Made by a program: the position numbers and the translations under genes. This document shows, one piece after another, positions 24,464 to 32,077 of a DNA stretch of 64,000 bases. Below the pieces are notes generated by a model, which had not been told where the DNA came from, did no database searches, and saw nothing but the letters and a program-made list of their open reading frames with translations. This DNA is from Anaerolineae bacterium (GTDB lineage: Bacteria; Chloroflexota; Anaerolineae; JAAYZQ01): positions 54,687 through 118,686 of the forward strand of contig DAOTXL010000137.1 in the NCBI GenBank assembly GCA_034435455.1. Reading direction: 5' to 3'. Each line of letters begins with the position of its first letter. Within the stretch, counting starts at the first letter, position 1.

Positions 24464-25393
24464 TTATCTTTCGGGCGGTGGAATGCGGAACCAGGTCTCC
24501 AGGCGGGTGCCGGCGCCCGGCTCCGATTCCAGCTTCATCTCATCGGCACAATGCTGGATGTTCAAGAGCCCCATGCCGGCACCAAAGCCCATTTCGCGGA
24601 TCCATTCGGGGGCGGTGGAAAAACCGGGACGCATGGCCTGTTCTACGTCGGCGATGCCGGGGCCGGTGTCGGTAGCTACGATGTGCACCTGGTCTGGCTG
24701 GATTTCGACCACCAATTCGCCGCCCTTTTCAGCGTGGATGATCAGGTTCATCTCGGCCTCGTAGGCGGCCACCCCCACGCGCCGGGCGATGACGGGGCTC
24801 CCCCCCAGGCGTTCGATGGCCCGCTTGATTCGGCTGGAGGCAGCTCCGCCGTGGGTGAAATCCAGGGGCCGCACCTGGTAGCGCAGGATCAGGCTGGTGC
24901 GGTCGGACATAATGTCCTCAAAGATGTGGCTGGCCCGATAGCGATGGATCTCTTCCTCGTGATAATCTACTTCCAATCGCCGCAGCAGTCCCCGGATGAT
25001 CTCGCCCCGGGTCAGGATGCCCACCAACTGCCCAGAGCGGTCCAATACCGGGAAGCGGCCAAAGTCAAAGCGGATCATGCGGTTGATGGCCTGGACCAGC
25101 GGCTCATCGGCGTAGAGCACTTCGACCCTGGTGGTCATTTTGTCTCTGACCAGGGCATCCATTTCCCCTTTTTCCAGGGCCTTGATCAGGTCTTCCAGGC
25201 TGATGATCCCCACCAGCCGGGTTTCTTCGACGACCGGTGTGCCGGAAATGCGCTTGAGGCGCAATAGCTCCTTGAACTCGCGCATGGAGGTATGGGGGGT
25301 GACGGTGACCACCTCGGCTTTCATGACATCTTGGATTTTGAGGGTGTAGATCAGCTCTTGGAGCCGTGAGCCTTCGGCGGGGCGGACGGTCAT
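24464..25393 (-). CDS. CBS-pair + GHKL (HATPase_c) protein
   Basis: Two CBS-like repeats (VMKAEVVTV..., GRFPVLDRSGQLVGILTRGEI) then an anti-sigma-kinase-like ATPase (LIIHAEKGGELVV..DTGPGI..GFGAGMGL). Confidence 0.7.
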   Translation of the reverse strand: MTVRPAEGSRLQELIYTLKIQDVMKAEVVTVTPHTSMREFKELLRLKRISGTPVVEETRLVGIISLEDLIKALEKGEMDALVRDKMTTRVEVLYADEPLVQAINRMIRFDFGRFPVLDRSGQLVGILTRGEIIRGLLRRLEVDYHEEEIHRYRASHIFEDIMSDRTSLILRYQVRPLDFTHGGAASSRIKRAIERLGGSPVIARRVGVAAYEAEMNLIIHAEKGGELVVEIQPDQVHIVATDTGPGIADVEQAMRPGFSTAPEWIREMGFGAGMGLLNIQHCADEMKLESEPGAGTRLETWFRIPPPER

Positions 25394-25767
25394 TTTTTAT
25401 CCATCAGGTGGCCGGGCAGGCAGGGGTTGGAGACGGGGAGGCCGGCGGCGAACAGACGGCCACACGCTTCGTACATGGTCAGGCGGGTGGAGAGGAGGGG
25501 GATTCCGATCTCTTCGGCCAGGGCTACCGTCTCCGGGGGGGGCACCTTGCCCCGCACAAAGACGATGGCCTGGATGCCGGCCATTTCTGCGGCCCGCACG
25601 GCCTGGGGATGGACCAGCCCGGTCAGGAGGACGGAATTGGGGCGGGCGAAGGCCAACACGTCGCTCATGAGATCGGCGGCGGCTCCGCCGGTGACCGTCT
25701 GTTCCAGGTTTGGCTGGCGGGAGACGATCTCCCCTTCGAGCAAATTCAAGATGGTCTGCAAATCCAT
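25390..25767 (-). CDS. DRTGG-domain protein (second copy)
   Basis: TVTGGAAADLMSDVL...VLLTGLVHPQAVRAAEM pattern; the ATG overlaps the downstream start (ATGA). Confidence 0.6.
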   Translation of the reverse strand: MDLQTILNLLEGEIVSRQPNLEQTVTGGAAADLMSDVLAFARPNSVLLTGLVHPQAVRAAEMAGIQAIVFVRGKVPPPETVALAEEIGIPLLSTRLTMYEACGRLFAAGLPVSNPCLPGHLMDKK

Positions 25768-25795
25768 TGGTTACTCCGATCGGATGGCCGGATTG

Positions 25796-25839
25796 AAAAA
25801 AAGATGAGGAATGGCCTGATGGTAATAAGGGCCTTCCTC
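25796..25839 (-). terminator. Intrinsic-terminator-like hairpin + U7 inside the 5' leader of the DRTGG/CBS/GHKL/PHP operon (candidate attenuator)
   Basis: mRNA GAGGAAGGCCC-UUAUUACCAUCA-GGCCAUUCCUC-AUCUUUUUUUC (10-bp stem, one bulge), 25-30 nt upstream of the start codon at 25767. Confidence 0.4.
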
Positions 25840-25911
25840 CCTTCGGGCAGATCTTCTGGAACCCGGATGATAGCATTGTCCACGGTCCTGCCGATAGTCG
25901 ATCCGTTGTGA

Positions 25912-25940
25912 AGTTTAGCACAAGTTGAGGGGGGCGTCAA
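25912..25940 (-). promoter_or_regulatory. Sigma70-like promoter TTGACG-N17-TGcTAAACT for the regulatory operon
   Basis: Same extended -10 block as the promoter at 20091-20119. Confidence 0.45.
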
Positions 25941-26032
25941 ATCGGCGACCGTCCGCTGGCCTGGTTGGGGGGGATGGGCCTGAAGTCACCGATGGGGGAA
26001 GGGGGTTGAGGTCTGCACCGTTTGGCTCGGAT

Positions 26033-26061
26033 TTGACAAGGGGCTGAGATGGTGGTATGAT
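26033..26061 (+). promoter_or_regulatory. Sigma70-like promoter TTGACA-N17-TGgTATGAT (divergent)
   Basis: Consensus hexamers about 70-100 nt upstream of the glutaredoxin-like gene. Confidence 0.45.
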
Positions 26062-26130
26062 TATGATGGTTTCTGTCCTTCTTCAAACGAGCAACCTGAC
26101 AATGAGCAGCTCTTTCAGGTCCTTCGCCGG

Positions 26131-26436
26131 TTGGAGCCGACTGCAGTCGAACCTGCCCCTGTGTCGGCGGCAGTGCGCCCGGACCGGCCCGGGCCGGTGA
26201 TCCTCTACTGCCGACCGGGCTGCATTGACTGTCGGTTGGCCCGCCGTTTTCTGGAGGACCATGGGGTACCCTACACCGAGATCGACATCCTGGCCTCGCC
26301 GGAAGCAGAAGCCCGTGTCCGACAGTGGACCGGCGGTCCCCTTATCACCCCGGTATTTGACATCGCCGGCACCATCGTCATTGATTTCAAGCGGTCGGAG
26401 CTGATAGAGGTTTTGGGCTTGAAGTTGGGAACATAG
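26131..26436 (+). CDS. Glutaredoxin/NrdH-like thiol-disulfide oxidoreductase
   Basis: VILYCRPGCIDCRLARRFLEDHGVPYTEIDI aligns with the Grx YTKxxCPYC...GVxFxEIDI pattern. The true start is probably an internal GTG (26160/26198). Confidence 0.6.
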   Translation: MEPTAVEPAPVSAAVRPDRPGPVILYCRPGCIDCRLARRFLEDHGVPYTEIDILASPEAEARVRQWTGGPLITPVFDIAGTIVIDFKRSELIEVLGLKLGT

Positions 26437-26613
26437 CCGGCTCTCACGGGGACCCTCCTCGCCGGGATCCCATTGTTCTTTGTTCTGGCCGCTCTCCTGA
26501 CCGGCCCCTTCTACGCAACCCTCTGGAACCGGCTCTGCACTGGCCGCAGCAGGGTTTGCTCCACGGCCCAAGTCGGAGTATACTGGATTGCCAGGCGGTG
26601 AGAGGAGAGAGGG

Positions 26614-28269
26614 ATGCCTGTCGTCCATGTCAGCTATGGGACCCAAACGCGGAGCGTCGAGGTGCCCGCCGGGACCGGCCTGGGGGAGGCGATTGCCCGC
26701 ACGGAACTGCCGCTGGAGCAGCCGTGCGCCGGGCGGGGCACCTGCGGCCGGTGCCGGGTCCTGCTCGAAGGGGGCAGTGCCCCTGCCGGCCGGCTAAGCC
26801 CGTTGGATGCGGTCGAGCAGCGGCTCCTGTCGGCGGCAGAACAGGCGGCCGGCTACCGGCTGGCCTGCCGGGCCAAGGTGCTGGGTGACCTCAGCGTCCT
26901 GTTGGCCCCGGTGGTGGTCTATTCCAACAAGGTGTTCCAGGGCAGTGACCGTTTTCACGATAACGCGGAACCCCTGGGCCTGGCCGTGGACCTGGGCAGC
27001 ACTACGGTCGCCGCGTTCCTGGTGGGCCTGGAGAGCGGCCAGGTCTATCGGGGCGCGGCGGCGCTGAACCAGCAGACCACCTTTGGCGCCGATGTCATCT
27101 CCCGCCTGGCGGCGGCCCGCCGCGGATCGCCGGCTGCCCAACGCCTGTCGAACCTGGCCCTGGCCTCCATCGTCCAGGCCGTTGACGCCCTCCACCTGCC
27201 CCGGCGCGTCGTCCGCCGCATCAGGCGGGCCACGGTCGTGGGCAACGCGGCCATGCATCATCTCCTGCTGCGCCTGCCGGTGGATACCCTGGCCGAACTG
27301 CCCTTCCAGCCCTGCTGCCAGGAGCCGATCCGGGGGGCCGATGGGCACCTGGCCGGCGCTTTCCCGGCCGGCGTGCGGGTGGACCTGCCGCCGCTGATCG
27401 GCGGCTTTGTGGGCAGCGATGCCCTGGCCTGCCTGGCCTACTTTGGCTTCCCCGATGGAACCGCTGACCGTTGCCCGCCCCCGATGATGGCGGTGGACCT
27501 GGGCACCAACGGCGAGATCATGGTCACCGATGGCCGCCAGGTGCTGGTCGCCTCTACCGCTGCCGGCCCGGCCTTCGAGGGGGTGAATATCTCCTGCGGC
27601 GCACGGGCGGTGGATGGGGCCATTGTGGATGTCCGGGTCGGGGAAGAGGGGCAGATCGCCTGGCGGACCATCGGCGATGGGCCGCCGGTGGGCCTCACCG
27701 GCTCTGGCCTGTTGACCCTGGTCGCCCAACTGCGCCGGGTGGGAGTGCTGCACGAGAGCGGCCGGTTCAACCCCGACCGGCTCCCCTTCCAGGGTCGGTT
27801 CGACACCGATGGGGAGGGTGTGCGGCGCTTTCTCCTGGCCGGTGCCGATCAGGTGGCCGAGGGGGGGCGGCCGCTCTACCTGACCCAGAAGGATGTGCGC
27901 GAACTACAAAAGTCCAAGGGGGCGATTCGGGCGGCCGGGGAGATCTTGCTGAAGCAACTGGGGCTGGCCCCTGCCGACCTGAAGCGGGTGGTGCTGACCG
28001 GCTCCTTTGGCGGGCAGGTGGACGTAGAGGCCGTGCTGGAGATCGGCATGATCCCGCCGGTGCAGCCCCACGTGGTGGAAACCTGTGCCAACGGTGCCGG
28101 CCTGGGGGCTGCCCTGTTCCTGACGGACGACGGTTTTGCCCTGGGCGAGCGGCTGGCTGCCTATGCCCGACAGGTGGACCTGACTGCGGACGGCCCAGGG
28201 GACCGGGACGCCGGGTTCAATGCCCTGTTCGTCCGCAGCCTGAACCTGTGCGGGGATTGGGAGCGGTAA
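26614..28269 (+). CDS. RACo-like protein: plant-type [2Fe-2S] ferredoxin domain + ASKHA/DUF4445 ATPase (reductive activase of corrinoid proteins family)
   Basis: CAGRGTCGRCRV...YRLACRAKV at the N-terminus; DLGTNGEI and GSFGG ASKHA motifs. TTGCTC-N17-TATACT promoter at 26556-26584. Confidence 0.7.
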   Translation: MPVVHVSYGTQTRSVEVPAGTGLGEAIARTELPLEQPCAGRGTCGRCRVLLEGGSAPAGRLSPLDAVEQRLLSAAEQAAGYRLACRAKVLGDLSVLLAPVVVYSNKVFQGSDRFHDNAEPLGLAVDLGSTTVAAFLVGLESGQVYRGAAALNQQTTFGADVISRLAAARRGSPAAQRLSNLALASIVQAVDALHLPRRVVRRIRRATVVGNAAMHHLLLRLPVDTLAELPFQPCCQEPIRGADGHLAGAFPAGVRVDLPPLIGGFVGSDALACLAYFGFPDGTADRCPPPMMAVDLGTNGEIMVTDGRQVLVASTAAGPAFEGVNISCGARAVDGAIVDVRVGEEGQIAWRTIGDGPPVGLTGSGLLTLVAQLRRVGVLHESGRFNPDRLPFQGRFDTDGEGVRRFLLAGADQVAEGGRPLYLTQKDVRELQKSKGAIRAAGEILLKQLGLAPADLKRVVLTGSFGGQVDVEAVLEIGMIPPVQPHVVETCANGAGLGAALFLTDDGFALGERLAAYARQVDLTADGPGDRDAGFNALFVRSLNLCGDWER

Positions 28270-28298
28270 AGACCGGAAAAGCACAAGAGGGGGAAACG

Positions 28299-28928
28299 AT
28301 GACAGACCGGGTGGAGCAGATGTATCAGGCGGTGAAACAGAAGCTGCTGAACCTGGAGATCAACCCGATTCAGCCGATTGATGAAAAGGCGCTGGTGCGG
28401 GAAACGGGAGGCAGCCTGACCCTCATCCAGCAGGCGCTGGAGCGGCTGGTCAGAGAGGGGATGGTGGTCAAAGAGCGGGGCCGGTGGCGAGTGTCGCGGA
28501 CGGCTACCGCCTCGATCATGCGGGAGATCTTTGAGGTCCGCACCACGCTGGAGGGGATGTGTGCGCGACTGGCGGCGGAGCGGGTCACCCCGGAGCAGAT
28601 CCAGCGGATGGAGCAGGTGCACCGCGACTTTGAGCGGGTGCTCAAAAAGGAGGACAACAAGGCGCTCCTGGCGGTCGATCACCAGTTCCACCAGTTGCTC
28701 TACGAGGCCTCAGGCAACCGTTTCCTGGCCCGGGCCCTGGAAGAGATGTACCTGATGGTCTACCGCCTGTCCTATTTTGCTCTGGACCGCATGGCCAGCG
28801 TGCGGCCCAACGTGGAGGAACACCGCCATATCCTGGATGCGCTCAAGGCCGGAGACGGGCGGGCGGCCGAACAGCATATCCAGCACCACATCACCCATTT
28901 CCAGACGATGGTCGAGGGGTTGCTGTAA
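28299..28928 (+). CDS. GntR-family transcriptional regulator with FCD domain
   Basis: wHTH then the FadR C-terminal domain pattern (...FHQLLYEASGNRFL...EHRHILDAL); AAGAGGGGGAAACGATG RBS. Confidence 0.8.
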   Translation: MTDRVEQMYQAVKQKLLNLEINPIQPIDEKALVRETGGSLTLIQQALERLVREGMVVKERGRWRVSRTATASIMREIFEVRTTLEGMCARLAAERVTPEQIQRMEQVHRDFERVLKKEDNKALLAVDHQFHQLLYEASGNRFLARALEEMYLMVYRLSYFALDRMASVRPNVEEHRHILDALKAGDGRAAEQHIQHHITHFQTMVEGLL

Positions 28929-28934
28929 CGGCGG

Positions 28935-29621
28935 TTACCCCCGCAGCAGGTGGAGGGTCAGCGCCGCTGCGGCCGGGACGGTCAGGTTGTCCATCCCCCA
29001 CGGGGACACGGCTTCCACCAGGGTGCAGACCAGGGACACGGCCCCGCCATAGAGGAGGGTCAGCAGCCAGTGGATGGGCGGTTTGCCGGCCAGGTAGGGC
29101 ATGATCAGCAAGGCCAGGCTGGTGCTGATCCAGCTCCAGAACAACATGGCGATTGAGCCCTCCAGGGAACGGGTCCGCCCACCGATCCGGTAGTGGTAAT
29201 GGCCGTGGCGTTGGCCGATGACGGCGGCCATGGCATCCCCCCAGGTCATGGGCATCAGGCTGGCGACCATCAGCACCGGCTGGCCCCAGAAATAGTAGAT
29301 CAGGGCGGCAAAGGAGATGGGAAAGTAGAGGGTGCCCAGATTGCCCCGTTCTCCGGTCTCCATCGCCTGAAAGGTGCCGCGCCAGTAGGAGATGGCATTG
29401 ATAACCACAAAGGTCGCCGGCGGGATGAGGGCCAGATACCAGGTTTTGAACAGCAGTGCAGTGCCCACGACCCACAGGCCGACGCCGACGTGGATGAATT
29501 TGCGGGTAAATCCGGCCGGGCGATGGCCAATGCGGCGCAGCAATTCCCCCAGAGCGATAACGCCGAACACGTAAGCGTAGGAAACGGCCAGCGCGGTGTA
29601 ATCGGGTTTCCACCAGGTCAT
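28935..29621 (-). CDS. CTP_transf_1 family membrane protein (dolichol/phytol-kinase or CDP-alcohol-related)
   Basis: Multi-TM; TRKFIHVGVG and WGDAMAAVIGQRHG...RSLEGS motifs. Confidence 0.5.
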   Translation of the reverse strand: MTWWKPDYTALAVSYAYVFGVIALGELLRRIGHRPAGFTRKFIHVGVGLWVVGTALLFKTWYLALIPPATFVVINAISYWRGTFQAMETGERGNLGTLYFPISFAALIYYFWGQPVLMVASLMPMTWGDAMAAVIGQRHGHYHYRIGGRTRSLEGSIAMLFWSWISTSLALLIMPYLAGKPPIHWLLTLLYGGAVSLVCTLVEAVSPWGMDNLTVPAAAALTLHLLRG

Positions 29622-29625
29622 CGGT

Positions 29626-30624
29626 TCAGCCTCCTTTGCGGACCAGTTCCGCCAGGGCGACGGCGATCTGGGCGGCCACGGCGGCGTTGTTTTCCAGCAG
29701 GGCTACGTTGGCCTTGAGGCTGGCTCCCTGGGTCTCCCGGGCGATCCAGCGCAGCAGGAAGGGGGTGGAAGCACTGCCCTGGATGCCCCGGGCCTGGGCT
29801 TCGGCCAGGGCCGAGGTGATGGCCGCTTCCAGGCGGTCGGCGGGCAACTCGGCTTCGGCGGGCACAGGCACGACGATCAGGGTACCCCCTGTCAGCCCTA
29901 TCTGCTGTCCGGCGTGGATGATGGCTGCCGCCTCGGCCGGCGTCTCCACCTGCACGTCCACTGGCAGGCCGCTGTGTCGGGTGTAGAAGGCGGGGAACTC
30001 GTCGCAACCATAGCCGACCACCGGCACGCCGGCGGTCTCCAGCCACTCCAGGGTGGCCCGCAGGTCGAGGATCGACTTGGCCCCGGCGCACACCACAGCC
30101 ACCGGCACAGAGGCCAGGGTGGGCAGGTCATTGGAAATGTCGAAGGGGGGGTCACGATGCACCCCGCCGATCCCCCCGGTGGCAAAGATGCCGATGCCGG
30201 CCCAGGCGGCCACCGTGGCCGTAGCGGCGACGGTGGTCGCCCCATCTTCGCGGCGGGCAATGACCACCGGCAGGTCGCGGCGGCTCACCTTGTGGATCGT
30301 TTTGGCGGTGGCCAGGTGTTCCAGCTCGGCGTCGGTCAGGCCGACCCGCAGTTGTCCGTCGAGCACGGCGATGGTGGCCGGGACCGCGCCGTTCCGCCGG
30401 ACGACGGCCTCCATCTGCCGGGCGGTTTCCAGATTGGTGGGGTAGGGCAACCCGTGGGCGATGACGGTGGACTCCAGGGCGACGACCGCCCGCCCCCTTT
30501 CCAACGCCTCCCGTACCTCGTCCTGTAAGCGCAGGTAAGGGATAGGGGATAAGGGGTAAGGGATGGGGGATAAGGGGAATAAGGGGTAAGGGAGAGGGGA
30601 ACTTGGGCCTCCTGCCTCCTGCAT
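29626..30624 (-). CDS. psuG: Pseudouridine-5'-phosphate glycosidase
   Basis: VVALESTVIAHGLPYP...GAVPATIAVLDG...GGIGGVHR motifs. A 30-aa low-complexity N-terminal tail (PLPYPLFPLSPIPYPLSPIPY) is encoded by the G-rich octamer repeat; the true start may lie downstream. Confidence 0.75.
   Translation of the reverse strand: MQEAGGPSSPLPYPLFPLSPIPYPLSPIPYLRLQDEVREALERGRAVVALESTVIAHGLPYPTNLETARQMEAVVRRNGAVPATIAVLDGQLRVGLTDAELEHLATAKTIHKVSRRDLPVVIARREDGATTVAATATVAAWAGIGIFATGGIGGVHRDPPFDISNDLPTLASVPVAVVCAGAKSILDLRATLEWLETAGVPVVGYGCDEFPAFYTRHSGLPVDVQVETPAEAAAIIHAGQQIGLTGGTLIVVPVPAEAELPADRLEAAITSALAEAQARGIQGSASTPFLLRWIARETQGASLKANVALLENNAAVAAQIAVALAELVRKGG
30541..30600. repeat. Tandem octamer repeat (ATAAGGGG)x8-like, G-rich on the plus strand
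   Basis: gataggggataaggggtaagggatgggggataaggggaataaggggtaagggagagggg. A related (GGCAAGGGG/GGCAAGTTG)n array lies at 36741-36836 on the opposite strand. Confidence 0.6.
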
Positions 30625-30642
30625 CTTGCCTCCTGCCTCTTT

Positions 30643-31575
30643 TCAGATCACCAGCCGGTCGTACAACCGCTCCAGGCTCAGGGTGGGGCACACCGTTTCC
30701 CGGCATTCCAGGGTGAGGGCTGCTGCCGAGACGCCCAGCCGCACCGCTTCGCCCACCGGGAAGTCGTGGAGCAGGCCAAAGATGACCGCTGCGGTTAAAG
30801 CGTCGCCGGCCCCGGTCAGGTCCACGATCTCGACCTCGATGGCCGGGATATGGCCGCTCTCCTGCGAGGTGGCGTAGACCAGACCGGTCGCGCCCAGGGT
30901 CACGATGGCGATCTGCACCCCCAGGCTCACCAGCTTTTGGGCGGCGGCCAGGGCACTTTCCCGGTCGGTTACCGGCGCACCGCACAGGGCTTCGGCCTCG
31001 GCGGCATTGGGGGTCACCAGCAGCAGGTTGGCCAGGTGGGGACGGAGCCGGGGGGCCAGGGTAGCGGTAGTTGGATCGGCGCAGACCGGCACCCGGTGCT
31101 GCCGGGCCAGGCGAAAGACGGTGCGCAACGTGGCGGGGGACAGGTTGGCGTCCAGGACGACCATCCGGGCATCGCGGAACAGGCTGCGATGGCTGTAGAT
31201 GTAAGCGGGGGTCATCAACCGGCGGTGGATGCTCATGTCGTCAATGGAGGTCACCAGGTTGCCGGTCTCGTCCAGCACGGCCAGATAAGCGGCGGTGTGA
31301 TGGTCGGGGCTCACCAGGACGTGGCTGACGTCAATGCCGCGCTCGCGGGCCTGGTGCAGGATCTGGCGTCCGGCGCTATCGTCCCCCACGGCCGAGAGGA
31401 GGACCACCTGTTCGCCCAGGCGGGCCAGGTTTTCGGCCAGATTGCGGCCCACCCCGCCGGTGCTGACGCGGATGGTGCCGGGGGTGGAGGTGCCGGGCCG
31501 GAGGGGGTGAGAGGCGCGGCCTTTGGTATCCAGGCTGGCGGCGCCGATGGTGAGCAGGTGAGAGGTTCCCTTCAT
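30643..31575 (-). CDS. psuK: PfkB-family carbohydrate kinase, likely pseudouridine kinase
   Basis: Ribokinase-fold motifs (GGVGRNLAENLARLG, DLTGAGDA); it sits immediately upstream of psuG. Confidence 0.7.
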   Translation of the reverse strand: MKGTSHLLTIGAASLDTKGRASHPLRPGTSTPGTIRVSTGGVGRNLAENLARLGEQVVLLSAVGDDSAGRQILHQARERGIDVSHVLVSPDHHTAAYLAVLDETGNLVTSIDDMSIHRRLMTPAYIYSHRSLFRDARMVVLDANLSPATLRTVFRLARQHRVPVCADPTTATLAPRLRPHLANLLLVTPNAAEAEALCGAPVTDRESALAAAQKLVSLGVQIAIVTLGATGLVYATSQESGHIPAIEVEIVDLTGAGDALTAAVIFGLLHDFPVGEAVRLGVSAAALTLECRETVCPTLSLERLYDRLVI

Positions 31576-31695
31576 TTCCTTTGCCCTCTTGTCGCCGATA
31601 GTATACCCATCTCCTATTACAGCCCCCAACACCGGGTCTGGAACATTCCTTTGGAGAATATCTCTATTCTAACCAATTTTTTTACCTCAAAAGGC

Positions 31696-31724
31696 TTGAC
31701 AAGCCTGTCTTTTTGTGCTATAAT
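31696..31724 (+). promoter_or_regulatory. Consensus sigma70 promoter TTGACA-N17-TGcTATAAT
   Basis: Perfect -35 and -10 with a 17-bp spacer in an AT-rich intergenic island; GGAGGGGAGGAAT RBS follows. Confidence 0.55.
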
Positions 31725-31755
31725 CCCTTTATCTTTGGAGGGGAGGAATTATAGC

Positions 31756-32016
31756 ATGTATCAAGGAACACAGAGAGGTCTCAAGGTATGGTTCAGAGAT
31801 GAGATCCAAAATACCTTGATGGCCATTGACACTGCGAACCTTGACCTTGTTTCTGCCATTGATTCAGCCGAGATGCAGATCTATCGCAGAGGCTATGCCG
31901 CAGCGATCCGGGCGGTTGCTGCGGCTTTTGGCATTCCTTATCCCCCTTCAGGGCTGTCCACCTCTCGGACTGAGGTGGTGGATTCGCCCGGTTGGACCCC
32001 TCGTATCTTTTCCTGA
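31756..32016 (+). CDS. Small hypothetical protein (86 aa) with atypically low GC
   Basis: MYQGTQRGLKVWFRDEIQNTLMAIDTANLDLV...; the first 150 nt of the ORF are about 48 percent GC against 65-70 percent in flanking genes (counted by eye). No recognisable family. Confidence 0.5.
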   Translation: MYQGTQRGLKVWFRDEIQNTLMAIDTANLDLVSAIDSAEMQIYRRGYAAAIRAVAAAFGIPYPPSGLSTSRTEVVDSPGWTPRIFS

Positions 32017-32077
32017 GCCCGGTCGGGCAACCTTCTTGGGAAACAACCCTCGCGCCACCTGTGCTGGACACAGATGG

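Noticed and set aside
26083-26646. 187-aa minus-strand ORF spanning the glutaredoxin-like gene
   Set aside because: It is antisense to a gene with a clear CxxC thioredoxin-fold signature and consensus promoter, and it has no motifs of its own.
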